DNA from: Octopus vulgaris
Taxonomy: Eukaryota
Direction: 5' to 3'
Assembly: GCA_951406725.2 (NCBI GenBank)
Contig: OX597820.1
Location: 26,350,001-26,414,000, forward strand
Length of the DNA: 64,000 bases
A model generated the notes under the pieces. The model was given only the letters and a program-made list of their open reading frames with translations, was not told the DNA's origin and did no database searches. Positions within the stretch are counted from its first letter, which is position 1, and every line of letters begins with the position of its first letter. This document shows positions 11,616 through 24,969 of this stretch, one piece after another. Both the position numbers and the translations under genes were made by a program.

Positions 11616-12243
11616 CAATATATATATGCTGGTTTTCTTTCAATTTCCATTTCCCATTTCCACTTACAAGGCTTTGGTCAGCCTAGTGTTGCATAAGATA
11701 CTCACCCAAAGTGCCATGCAATAGGACTGAACTCAAGACCACATGAATGAGAAGTAAGCTTCTCAACCATACAATCGTGTCTGTGCCTATGCAAAATATC
11801 AAAAGAATGTTTGCTCGTCTATTTGATAATTTTATAGTTCAATATAATAGTCTAGCATACTCTGTGTGTATAGAATGGAATTTAAAACCAGGTTGTTCTT
11901 CAAACTAGCTTCATTTTACTAATGGAATTGTATGATTTCTGTCTCGAATATCCTTTGAAGAAGTATGGATATCTCAAATTTGAATCACTGTTCTGTTTTC
12001 TATATAAATCATGTATCTTTATTCACGCAAGCATGTATCTGACTCATACACTGTTCACTTTCCAGACATTTGTACATTACTGCATAAGCTTTATACGCAC
12101 TTTTGACAAGTTGTGGTGCACCTGAGCACTGTATACAATAATTTCATTATTATTAATATTATTATTATTATTATTATTATTTTTAGATGCATTACAACAT
12201 TTTCTGAGCAGAAGACAAAAATGAGTAATGTTAATGTATTTTG

Positions 12244-12682
12244 TTAAAGAACCTCAGTGATGTGACCAAAACATAATTGTTTGGGAAAATGAACTGAAAT
12301 AGGATAATACATACAAGCATACGAGGTGGCCCTCTGAATTGAGCCTAAGTGCCTGTTCAAAAATGTGGGTATGAATTCTGGTGTGCAGATCCAGTTAGAA
12401 TGCTTGTGTCTCTTGTTGTTGGCCATGGCTTTGTAGTCTCTGTTGCAGTTGTCCATGTTACATTTTACAGTCTTTACAATATTCACAGAGCATTCAGCTG
12501 CTGTCATGTCAGAATTTTGATACCTGGCAAGAATCATCATGATACAGATAACTCTTTTCCAATATTCAAATAACTTAATCTTTATGTCATCCAATGCCAC
12601 TGACTGTTCACCAACACATCAAACTGTTCCACATAAAAGGAGACATTAAAAAAATTGTCAAATTTAGCCCAGACCTTGTATA
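12244..12682 (-). mobile_element. Tc1/mariner (maT-like) remnant, transposase N-terminus
   Basis: ORF 12244-12600 (EYWKRVICIMMILARYQNSDM...SVNIVKTV...CTPEFI) aligns by eye with the N-terminal peptide of the element at 30843; TA + CAAGG.. terminus at ~12680. Confidence 0.65.
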
Positions 12683-12705
12683 TACTTAATATCTGTATAT
12701 ATATG

Positions 12706-13007
12706 TGGAGGCGCAATGGCCCAGTGGTTAGGACATTGGACTCGTGGTTGTAGGATCGCAGTTTTGATTCCCAGACCGGGCGTTGTGAGTGTTTATTGAA
12801 CAAAAACACCCAAAGTTCCACGAGGCTCTGGCAGGAGGTGGTGGCGATCCCTGCTGTACTCTTTCGCCACAACTTTCTCTCACTCTTTCTTCTGTTGGCC
12901 TGCTTGCTTAGCCAGCAAGGTGGCGTCATTTGGAGGCTAAAACAATGTGAAGCGCATTGTGACCAGCGATGTGTATCAACATCTGATAGCCTGGTCAGTC
13001 ACGGTGA
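12706..13007 (+). mobile_element. Family R SINE
   Basis: tRNA-like head plus shared body ending CTGGTCAGTCACGGTGA, inserted in (TA)n. Confidence 0.88.
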
Positions 13008-13783
13008 TATATATATATAAATGGATGAATGAATTATCCTTTGTTTACCATTAACATATAAATTCAATAAACAGTTACCAGGGTAGCAAAATTCATGCAA
13101 GTAACACAGATGAAGTGACTTATTCAAAGGTAGAAACTCCGGGTTAATGAGCAGTAATTTGTGTAGTATATATATATATATATATATATGAAACCTTGTA
13201 GGGTATTTTTTAAAAGCCCCTTAAGTCTAAATCTAGTACTGACAACTTTTTTGCTGAAGAGACCTAATAAGATAAAAACATCCCCATTGCTTTCACCAGT
13301 CTGATTAACAAACAAGATTCTCTTTTATTTGTATAGTCTTTATTTTCCATAAAAAAAATTCGCTAGGCTGGTATTAAGAGATTCATCTCATCTCTCTTGC
13401 TTGTTTTTATATTAAAGAGCTAAGAAAGGATTTCTCATCTACCCTTTTGTTATCATATTTCTGTTGATTCACATTGCTTTTCTTTGAATTAATTTTGAAA
13501 ATTATGAAGAATTCATTAAAATAATGTCGCCATTGTTAAGTTTTTGTTTGGAATACAAATTAACATGAAATTTTGATAGAAAGTTTTAATATAGATCACT
13601 TCAAAACGAAGTTGTATCACAGAATCAAAGGCGATTTCAGGTGGGTTGGCATCAAAAGGGCAGGCTATCTCAGTTAATCAAAGTTTTTCAAATCAGTATA
13701 TTATGTATGAAAAGTCATTCAGTATTCAGTATTTTAGAACGCTTTCATTGAAATACTTTCCCGTGTCATATTATACGTGTGAT

Positions 13784-14359
13784 GAAAGGTGGCGATCTGG
13801 CAGAAACGTTAGCATGCCGGGCGAAATGCTTAGCAGTATTTCGTCTGCCGCTACGTTCTGAGTTCAAATTCCGCCGAGGTCGACTTTGCCTTCCATCCTT
13901 TCAGGGTCGATTAAATAAGTACCAGTTACGCACTGGCGTCGATGTAATCGACTTAATCCGTTTGTCTGTCCTTGTTTGTCCCCTCTGTGTTTAGTCCCTT
14001 GTGGGTAGTAAAGAAATAGGTATTTTGTCTGCCGCTACGTTCTGAGTTCAAATTCTGCAGAGGACGACTTTGCCTTTTATCCTTTCGGGGTTGATTAAAT
14101 AAGTACCAGTTACGCGCTGGGGTCGATATAATCGACTTAATCCGTTTGTCTCTGCTTGTTTGTCCTCTCTGTGTTTGTGGGTAGTAAAGAAATAGGTATT
14201 TCGTCTGTAGCTACGTTCAGAGTTCAAATTCCGCCAAGGTCGACTTTGCTTTTCATCCCTTTCGGGGGTCGATAAGTTAAGTAGCAGTTGCATACTGAGG
14301 TCGATCTAATCGACTGCCCCCTCAAAAAATTTCGGGCCTTGTGCCATGAGTAGAAAAGA
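13784..14359 (+). mobile_element. Family B SINE composite: one head and three tandem bodies, 16-bp TSD
   Basis: TSD ATATTATACGTGTGAT at 13768-13783 and 14360-14375; each body restarts at GTATTT(C/T)GTCTG. Confidence 0.9.
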
Positions 14360-15692
14360 ATATTATACGTGTGATTTCAGGCGGCGAGCTGACAAAATTG
14401 TTAGCAAGCTGGGGAAAATGCTTAGCAGCATTTTGTCCGCTTTTACATTCTGAGTCGAGATAACGCCAAGACCGACTTTGCCCTTTCATCCTTTGGAAGT
14501 TAATAAAATAAGTACCAGTTGAACGACTTACCCCCTCCCTCTAACTTGCTGGCCTTGTGCCAAAATTTGAAACCAATATTATACGCGTAGTGTTTATAGA
14601 CGTGTGTATGTAGAACGACATGTTCATTATTAAAAAAAAAACTGAAGGGACTGTATTTCAAATTTTACAGGAACAATAATTTTTCTTATTTTTGATTCTT
14701 TACGTTAAAAATCCTTATTGTTGTTGCTGACTTTATAAAGGCACAGGATCAAAGGCGACAAAGCAGTCACTACCGTGACATTTCTTTTTTACGTCAGAGA
14801 CGGCGTGGGGCTCTCTCTATTGTAGTGCTTTTCCTTCGAGGTAGGGCGCTGCGAGAACTGAAAATAAATAAATATATAAATAAATAAACGGTAGACAAAT
14901 TGCTATGGTTAATAGAATCAGGATGGTTTTTAAATATTAAAACTTGTCCAACACCTTGGCAAAGAAAGAAGAGTTTATATGAATGTAAAGTCAGCTTTTT
15001 TTCTCATTTATAAAGAGCAGGGTACAAATATATTCACTGATATTTTCTTTGAGAACTATTGCTGTACAGCATAATACACGAGCAAAACAATCATTTATAA
15101 TTTTGGCACAGGGGGACCAAAATTTAGAGGGACTAGGTAAGTCAATTGCATCGACTCCATTGTTCTACTGGTACTTTATTTTATCGGCTCCAGAGGTATC
15201 TTTACCATTTGTTAAAGAATATTTTCTCAAAGTTCTCTACTTGAATTATGACCAGACACAGGTACACAGTATCATTTGAAGTTGTATAAATACATATTGT
15301 TTGAGTGTGCGACAACATTCATAAAAGTTACAGAAGCATCCGCATTTCATATTTTCCCAAAGCCAAACAGTATGTACTTATATACTAAGTATTTCATAAT
15401 TGAATACGCGTATTTCCATTATTTAAAATTTCCCAAATGGCGGTGAGCTGGCAATAGTTACTACGCTAAATTAAAATTCGCTGAATTTTTAGCCATTCGG
15501 GATTGATGAAATAAGTACCAGTTGAGTATGAGGTCTTAATTTTGCTCGTATCGAGCTGGCAAGATCACTTAGTGTGTCGCGCAAAATGCTTAAAGGCATT
15601 TCTATGGCTCTTAACGTTTTGAGTTCAACTTTGAGATCAACGTTGCCTTTCATTCCTCAGGAATCGATAAAATAAAGCATCAATCAAATACC

Positions 15693-16093
15693 TATTTCTT
15701 TACTACCCACAAGGGGCTAAACACAGAGGACAAACGGATCAAGTCGATTACATCGACTCCAGTGCGTAACTGGTACTTATTTAATCAACCCCGAAAGGAT
15801 GAAAGGCAAAGTCGACCTCGGCGGAATTTGAACTCAGAATGTAACGGTAGACGAAATACCTATTTCTTTACTACCCACAAGGGGCTAAACGCAGAGCGGA
15901 CAAACAAGGACAGACAAACGGATTAAGTCGATTATATCGACCCCAGTGCGTAACTAGTACTTATTTAATCGACCCCGAAAGGATGAAAGGCAAAGTCGAC
16001 CTCGGCGGAATTTGATCTCAGAACGTAACCGCAGACGAAATACCACGAAGCATATCGCCCGGCGTACTAACGTTTCTGCCAGCTCGTCGCCTT
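15693..16093 (-). mobile_element. Family B SINE dimer with 16-bp TSD, nested in an older B copy
   Basis: TSD GCATCA(A/G)TCAAATACC at 15677-15692 and 16094-16109. Confidence 0.9.
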
Positions 16094-16134
16094 GCATCAG
16101 TCAAATACCGGGTAAATGGTATCAACTAACTCTC

Positions 16135-16309
16135 CTTTATTTCGTCTGTCTTTATGTTCTGAGTTCAAATTCCGCCGAGGTCGACTTTGCCTTTCATCCT
16201 TTCGGGGTCGATTAAATAAGTACCAGTTACGCACTGGGGTCGATCTAATCGACTTAATCCGTTTGTCTGTCCTCTCTGTGTTTAGCCTCTTGTGGGTAGT
16301 AAAGAAATA
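16135..16309 (+). mobile_element. 5'-truncated family B SINE with 17-bp TSD
   Basis: TSD GGTATCAACTAACTCTC at 16118-16134 and 16310-16326. Confidence 0.9.
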
Positions 16310-17394
16310 GGTATCAACTAACTCTCTTTCCCACTGAAAAGAAGGAAAAAAAGAAAAAGAGGCCTTGTGCTTAAACGTTAATTATTGACCTTGTGCCTAA
16401 AACAGAAATCACGATTTTGCTCGTGTAAAGCGGGTGAGCTGACAAAATCGCTTGAGCTTCGGAAGAAATGTCCTGTGATATTTGGGGTCAAATCCCGCTG
16501 AGGTCAACTTTGCTTTTCATCCTTTCACGATCGATTAAGTACCAGTGAAATACTCCCCTCAAATCACTGTCCTTGTGCCTTAATCAGATACGTTATTTAC
16601 ATTATTTTGCTTGAGTAAAGACGAGCTGGTAGAACCATAAGAACATCGGAAGAAATCTTTTGCGGTATTTGTTCTGACTTTTTAGTTTCTAATTTCTCAT
16701 CCTGCCGAAGTTAACCGTGCCTTTCAACCCATCCAGGGGCTAAAAAAAAAGTGCCGACGAAGTGTTGGAGTTGATGGCCTCGACTTAAACTCTTCCCTTA
16801 AAATTGCTGATCTTGTACCTAAATTAGAAACTCGTTTATTATGCATAACTAGTTCTCAAGGAAGAAAATATTTGTGAATTTGTATTTTGTACCCTGCTCT
16901 TTTATTAACGAGAAAGCAAAGTAGTTTACATCCGTATAGCTTCTCTCTTCCACATGTTGGACAAATACACGTTAAAAACCGTCTTTGTATTATTAACCAT
17001 AACGGCAATCTTACCATAGGAATTTGTGCCCCCTCTTGTTTTCAATCCTCACGGCGCCCTACCCTTACGAGAAACATTACAATGGAGCCCCATATCATAT
17101 CAGGCGTATAAAAAAACTGTCACTCGGTAGAGGCTTAACCGCCTTTGATCCTGGGCCTTTGTAACAACAACGATACGGATTTTTAACACACATACAAATT
17201 TAGGTAGAAACGTAGTAGATATTATCAATGATTCGTGAAAGAAATAGTATCCGTAATGAGTTAAGACGACATAGGCTGAGGGTTTCACTAAAAACATATT
17301 AAGGAAATAAATGAGGAAAGAGCTTTGGGAAGTTTTCGCGGGTCCATTTTTAAATATTAGCTCCGCCTTTTCAGTGTCCATGACAAATGATGCA

Positions 17395-17451
17395 TGACGT
17401 CACGGCTACTGGTTGAGGTGATTCCGTCATCCGGGTAACTCTGACTCAGAG
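17395..17451. promoter_or_regulatory. Candidate enhancer/promoter: CRE + half-CRE + AP-1
   Basis: TGACGTCA 17395-17402, CGTCA 17425-17429 and TGACTCA 17442-17448 in unique, CpG-retaining sequence. Confidence 0.4.
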
Positions 17452-19559
17452 CAGTGAGGAGGGGAAGAAAGGGGGGAGGGCAATACCTGAGACGCACGCA
17501 CATACACATAAACTGCTACATTTGCATACATACACACGCATAAAGCGCTTCATACATAGACACACACTCACACGCACGAATAAAGCGTCATACACGCACA
17601 AGTATGCATAAAGTGCTACACACATACAGACACAAAGTGCTATACTCATATACACATACATACAGACACTCATACACATAAACTGCTCCACTCACACATT
17701 AACGTCTGCGTGCAGTCACAAAAGTATGTGACAATAGACATGACAAGCCAAATGAAGCAGCTTCCAGCTGCTAGAAATAACAGTTGAATCTCCTAAACAA
17801 AAATCACACTCACCCTTCTTAAAAACAGAAAGGAAACGTTGGGTAATAACATCAATGTAGTTATAAATAACCCTGTAATCGATGAGAGAGACACGGTTGG
17901 AATGCCTCTAACCATATGTCTGCTTGATCCAACAAAAATGCAGCAATCCACTTACATACACGCATATATTGATAATATAGAGGAAATTGTGTGGAAGCCC
18001 GTCGTGTTTATGTATGTGTGTGTGTTTGTATTTGTCCCCGACTGCTTGACAACCAGTGCTGGTTTGTTTACGTCTCCATAAATTAGCGGTTCGGCAAAGT
18101 GTCCAATAAAGTACTAGACTAAAAAAAAAAGGTACTGGGGGTCGATTTGTTCGATTAAACCCTTCGAGGTAGAGGCCGATTAAACCCTCAGCATGGCTAT
18201 AGTCCAGTGACTGAAAAAAAAAAACACAGCGGAAGAAAAACAAACACACACACACACAATCATATCACATACAAAGGACAATATAAGCGAAACGAAATCT
18301 GCACGTACATATCACAACGAACACACACAACACACACGTGTGTCACAGATATGCGGTGTGATGGTGTATAGCGAAGTGTAAAACATTCAATGACACAGAC
18401 ACAAGGAAAGTTATACACACAGAGAAAAATATACGAACTAAATAGACTGTATAGACTGTAGTACGGTGTGTAAGTATGTGCATGGAGGGGTGGTCTGTTG
18501 ACTGCCGACGACACATTTAACTGACACACATATACCCGCACAGCGACTCATTGTTACATACACGCACATACACAAACCTCACATATACATACTAAATAGT
18601 TAGTGTGTGTGTGTGTAAGTAATTATACATGTGGGGCTTTGAAGCTGTTGACTGCTAACACATTTGTCTGATATATATACACCCACACGACTACTAGTCG
18701 TTACATATATGCACGCGCAAAGATAAAAAGCTTATATACATAAATAAGCTCACACACACAAACAAAAGAAAACTCTCACACACATACACACACAGAGCTC
18801 TCTATCCCTCTCTTACATACACACACAAAAGTTCACACCCATATACATGATATAGCTCTCATATACGTACACACACACACAGCTCTTTCCCTCTGCGTCT
18901 CTCTCTCTACACACGATAAAACTCACACACACATACACACAAACAAAACGCACACACACATAAACAAAATCTCTCACACATACACACATTGAAAGCTCTC
19001 TCACAAACACACAAACACACGACAAAGCTCTCTCTCTCTCACACACATACACAAAGAAAAAGCTCTCTCATACACACACACACACATTAAATACATAAGT
19101 GTATATATGTGAGTGTAAGTAAATTATACGTCTGAGGGGGGTGTCGAAGCTGTTGACTGCCGACTCTGACATATACACCCACACAGCCACTAATTATTAC
19201 AGACACACATACTAATCCACACTCATATATATATATACACACACACGCGCACACATTAACCCACATACTCACATATATACACTCACAGACTAAGGGGGCA
19301 CACAGCAAGTCGACAGTTGCAGGCAGAGGCAGTTGAAACAAACTTTTTTTCTTTAACACTGCCATAAGTGAGAGAGATTTTGTGAGGACAACCTGCTTTC
19401 TTTTTACCAAACGTGGCCAGCCGAGCACTCGAAACCAAACATATATTACTGTATGTGTATATAGACAGGTTAGTTAAACGTGATTATTTATTTTTTTTAT
19501 ACACACCGCATGCACGTGTGGTTATGTTTTGTTTTCCTTATAGATTTGTACATGCATTC

Positions 19560-21010
19560 ACGTATGTAATGTATGTATGTGTGTATATATTATGTGTGTG
19601 TATACATGTATGTAATATATGCACACGTGTATGTGTGTATGTATATGTATTGTGTGTGTGTGTATATATGTATTGTGTGTATGTATATATATGTATTGTG
19701 TGTATGTATATATATGTATTGTGTGTATGTATATATATGTATTGTGTGTATGTATATATATGTATTGTGTGTGTGTATATATATGTATTGTGTGTGTGTA
19801 TATATATGTATTGTGTGTGTGTATATATATGTATTGTGTGTGTGTATATATATGTATTGTGTGTGTGTATATATATGTATTGTGTGTGTGTATATATATA
19901 TGTATTGTGTGTGTGTATATGTATTGTGTGTGTGTGTATATATATGTATTGTGTGTATGTATATATATGTATTGTGTGTGTGTATATATATATGTATTGT
20001 GTGTGTGTATATATATGTAGTGTGTGTGTATATATATGTATTGTGTGTGTATATATATGTATTGTGTGTGTATATATATGTATTGTGTGTGTATATATAT
20101 GCATTGTGTGTGTATATATATGTAGTGTGTGTGTGTGTGTATATATATATGTATATATGTGTGTGTGTGTATATATATGTAGTGTGTGTGTGTGTATATA
20201 TATGTAGTGTGTGTGTGTATATATATATTGTGTGTGTATATATATGTATTGTGTGTGTATATATATGTAGTGTGTGTGTGTGTATATATATGTAGTGTGT
20301 GTGTGTGTATATATATATATGTAGTGTGTGTGTGTGTATATATATATATGTATTGTGTGTGTGTGTATATATATATATGTATTGTGTGTGTGTGTGTATA
20401 TATATATATGTATTGTGTGTGTGTGTGTATATATATATGTATTGTGTGTGTGTGTGTATATATATGTATTGTGTGTGTGTGTGTATATATATGTATTGTG
20501 TGTGTGTGTATATATATATGTATTGTGTGTGTGCGTATATATATATGTATTGTGTGTATGTGTATATATATGTATTGTATGTGTATATATATGTATTGTA
20601 TGTGTATATATATGTATTGTGTGTGTATATATATGTATTGTGTGTGTATATATATGTATTGTGTGTGTATGTGTATATATATGTATTGTGTGTGTGCGTA
20701 TATATATATGTATTGTGTGTATATATATATGTGCATTGTGTGTGTGTGTATATATATATGTGCATTGTGTGTGTGTGTATATATATGTATTGTGTGTGTG
20801 TGTGTGTATATATATGTATTGTGTGTGTGTGTGTGTATATATATGTATTGTGTGTGTGTGTGTGTATATATATGTATTGTGTGTGTGTGTGTATATATAT
20901 ATATGTGCATTGTGTGTGTATATATATATATATGTGCATTGTGTGTGTATATGTGCATTGTGTGTGTATATATATATGCATTGTGTGTGTGTGTGTGTAT
21001 GTATGCATGA
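19560..21010. repeat. Compound minisatellite, ~20-26-bp unit (TA)nTGTAT(TG)n
   Basis: Read directly; accounts for the long C/V/Y/I and H/T/Y/I ORFs. Confidence 0.97.
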
Positions 21011-21699
21011 GTATATAAACTCGTCTACTCATTCACCTCTTTGCATTTGTATAAGCTTATAGTTTGATACGCTCACTTCATATATTCATGTGTGTATATA
21101 CACATGTGTGCATGCGTGTATATATTATATATATTTATATATATATATACGTGTGTATGCATTCACTATAAAATATTCCATTTATGTTTTGATAACTATC
21201 GTGCTAAGATAGTTTTGCATGCTAAGTCGTGTATTTCTGTTAATATGCAGTATATGTGCATTTTACACAGGTACTACACACACACATAAGTGGGAACTTC
21301 ATTGTTTCAAACCCATAAGAAAATCTGAATTATATTCCTATTAATGATATATTGTGTGTGAAGGTGGTTACAGTTAAATACCCCTTTATTATTTTGACAA
21401 CTTTACAGGGTTACAAGAAAAACCTATTTGTCATATAAAAAGTTGTCAAAGCTTGTAGAAAGTTTGTTGTGAATGTCACAAAAGTTGTCATGTACTCTAG
21501 GTTTGCTTTTTTATTTCCCTTCGGCAAGAATAAAAGGAAAGTTTTAATTCTTTGAAGTTGGTGTGATGTAACATTGTCAGGTAAAAAGTACTTTCTCTTT
21601 GGTGTTAAAACCAAGTAGTTTCGATTGGATGAATGGTAAATTAAGAGAATTCATAGCAAAACTTCGTAGTTGCAAAAACTTCACTATATATGTGTGTGT

Positions 21700-21732
21700 A
21701 TATGATACACATACTCACATTCAGATATATGC

Positions 21733-21786
<54 letters not shown>

Positions 21787-22045
21787 ACATACACTCACAG
21801 ATATATGCATATATAATATATATATATATAGTACACATACACTCACAGATATATGCATATATAAAATATATATATATAGATATATATAGTACACATACAC
21901 TCACAGATATATGCATATATAAAATATATATATATAGATATATAATACACAAACACTCACAGATATATGCATATATAAAACATATATATATATAGATATA
22001 TAATACACAAACACTCACATACAGATATATATGCATATACAAAAC

Positions 22046-22086
<41 letters not shown>

Positions 22087-22224
22087 CACATACACTCACA
22101 TACAGATATATGCATATATAAAACATATATATATATAAAACATAATACACATGCACTCATAGATACATGCATACACAAAACATATAATACACATACACTC
22201 ACAGATATATGCATTTACAAAACG

Positions 22225-22260
<36 letters not shown>
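21700..22260. repeat. Degenerate ~55-60-bp tandem repeat (ACATACACTCACAGATATATGCATATA + (TA)n)
   Basis: The core motif recurs roughly nine times. Confidence 0.9.
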
Positions 22261-22271
<11 letters not shown>

Positions 22272-22764
22272 GGTGAGCACATACGTGCGGAAAAATAGTA
22301 CCCGAATACCATCGCAACTGTCCGACGAACGGGAATGTGTGAAACTCTGAGTAATAGTCTTGTGATAATCTTGCATCTTTAATGTGTGTGTGTTTATGTG
22401 TGATGCACACAGCATTCAGTAACGATATTTTACACAACTAACTCTCCACGATTCAGCCTCTGCATTGTCAAGCTGACCTATTATCATAGGCGTTTCGGTG
22501 ACCATCATCACTCCTTGGTCGAAGTCCTAACCCCAAATATCACCTCTTCATTTAACTTGCCCGACATTAACGTGTTCCCTTTCTTAAGATTGTAAGGTGT
22601 GATTTGAGAGAGATTTGGTTGCTATTTCTAGCACATCAAATAACCACGCTATCTGTTTCTTCATTAACTGGTTTAATTTATATTTTGAATTCAAATCACA
22701 ACAAGAAAAGCTTTGCATCTCATTCTTTGAAACACAAATATATTTCCTATAGAATTTGAGTCAT

Positions 22765-23145
22765 ACCTACACAAGTGTGTCCTCCTCCGACTTTGTTTCC
22801 TCATAACTTTCAGAAAAATGGGTATTTTAATGAAATTTTCTGCAAATACATTTCAGATGAAGAACACAATTATATTGGAATTTAATGTGAAAAAAAAAAA
22901 TGGGTGGGTACAACATACATACTGAGACACACACACACACACATCTACGAAATGAAATTTGGAAAAATATATGATGTGTGTTAGTATGTGTGTTCGCGCC
23001 TATCAATTTTTTTTGTCTCGCACTAAATTCCGGTGTAATCTACACCATCTGAAAGGTATTTGCAGAAATTTTCATTAAAAAGTAGCCATTTTTCTGAAAG
23101 TTATGAGGAAACAAAGTCGGGGATGGGGAGCACACTTATGTAGGT
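22765..23145. mobile_element. MITE-like element with long inverted arms
   Basis: CCGACTTTGTTTCCTCATAACTTTCAGAAAAATGG / CCATTTTTCTGAAAGTTATGAGGAAACAAAGTCGG. Confidence 0.88.
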
Positions 23146-24969
23146 GTGCTAAATTCGATCCAGTCAGTTTTGCGTTCTTCATTATGGTTCCATTATCTCC
23201 GAAAACGCATTCGTATAATGGAAACAAGCGGATTGTAATTACATTGACATCACTGACGGAGCCTCTGCCTGTAAGAAATAGAAGCCAAATCTCAAATCAC
23301 ATTCTACCTGTATAAGGTAGAATAAGGATAAAGAAAAGAATGGAGAACAAGTCCTGGGTAAAAATGTCTGAAAAGACGGGGTGGTCACGTTTAGAATGCT
23401 TTTGTCAGAGATCTGCTCTATCAGGTTCGATCTAGGGCTACCCGATAATACAATATTAAATCTATAAAGCCAACTAGGGAGCTGTAATGTGGTCCCGACC
23501 TGCTAGAAATAGCAACCTAATCTCTCGCAAAAGATTACGCTGGGTAATTGTGAATTTAGATAAAACATAGGAATCGGAAGAAATTATCGAAAAAATAATT
23601 TTGAATAAAAAAAAAAAGTTATAGAAGGGTGCTTATTCTGGAACTCCTCCGCAGAATGTGTCTTTAATAAAGAACAAAACCCCAAACAAGAGATATCATG
23701 ATCAACATTTGAAACTTATGGTCATAAGGTCTGCTTGAGCAAAGTTGTCCTGGCTAAACAATAAAGAACATCTACAGTATAGCATATTCGTTCAGTCACC
23801 CACGACTATCGTATCTCCATATAATTTATTCTCTTAAATAGACATCTCTATACGTATACCCTGTCACATATAAATATACACGCTCTACATATCACTTTAC
23901 ACATGTATGTACACGACATGGCACCCCTCCATGTAACCTTTTCATTGCATACATGCTTATATTTTCACAGCTCACGTATACCTAAACATGTGCGAGGGTG
24001 GCCTCTCCGTGATAGCTCGATCGGCTAGAAATAGCAGCCAAATTCTCTCTCTCTCTGTTTTTCACCCCACCGTTTTAGAATAGAGTACTTTGGATTGTGT
24101 GGTCCTGGCTTTCTCGCATGTAGGACAAAAAGAAACAAAGCAAAACTCAGGGTTGTCACGGATGGAATGCCTCTGATCATAAGTCTTAATTGATCAGAGC
24201 TGACCTGGGTTAAACAACAACACAACGTGCTCATTCATACGTACACACATCACATGTCCATATTTTGAAAGATATACACTCCCTACACATACATCACATG
24301 CACCCAGTTATTCAACATAAAATTTGTACATATATCTCTCCCTCTCTCTATATATTTATATACATAGACACACCACGCTGTTTTGCTATACTATAAAATA
24401 CAATACTTTAGAATAGTTAGGCGCTAACACACTTTTATATGGCAAACACGATAACCAATCGATCAAGCTAGATTATGGCTACTCATACCAGCAAAAGTAA
24501 ACATCGAATATTGCTTCATTCAACTTTAAGGCAAATCGAGCAACAAGGGAGCCTCTATGTGGTCACTCCACATGCTAGATATAGCAACCAAGTCATCCTC
24601 AAACCAAGCACTCATAACCTCCGTTTCGAAATCGGAAGTACGTATTGGATTTATGTGTAGCCCTCGGTATGCAAAATAAGTGGATGGTCACGGTTGGAAC
24701 ACCCTGCCGTTTATATTGGACTTACGTACAGTCCTTGATGTACAAAGTGACTGAATGGTCACGGCTGGAACCCCTTTCATTAAACGTAACATACGTCTAA
24801 AAAACAGCTACAGGTACAACATTGATTTTCCAGAAACTTTGGTCAACACGCTCTATATTAAATAAATATTAAATTTACTTGAATAATTAAATGAAATAGA
24901 GGCACCTGTACATTAGTATAAACGATACAAGTTTTTTAATACTGTGCCGTGTAAGGCACCAGTTAACCA

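Noticed and set aside
11860-12000. Minus-strand AG...GT block
   Set aside because: Stops in all three frames and no recognisable peptide.
12244-12600. 118-aa ORF with apparent splice sites as a host exon
   Set aside because: Better explained as a Tc1/mariner transposase N-terminus next to a TIR.
14700-17190. Inverted homologous pair at 14700-14865 and 17040-17190 sharing an EKHYN peptide and a TCF-like CCTTTGATC
   Set aside because: Both align to the common SINE ending GCCTTTGATC...AACAACAAC (e.g. 23280-23450, 33590-33760), and the reading frames are not preserved.
19413-21062. ORFs of 130-480 aa on both strands
   Set aside because: They are translations of a (TA)/(TG) minisatellite that cannot contain stops; the same applies to 48500-49878, 50186-50662 and 62860-63637.
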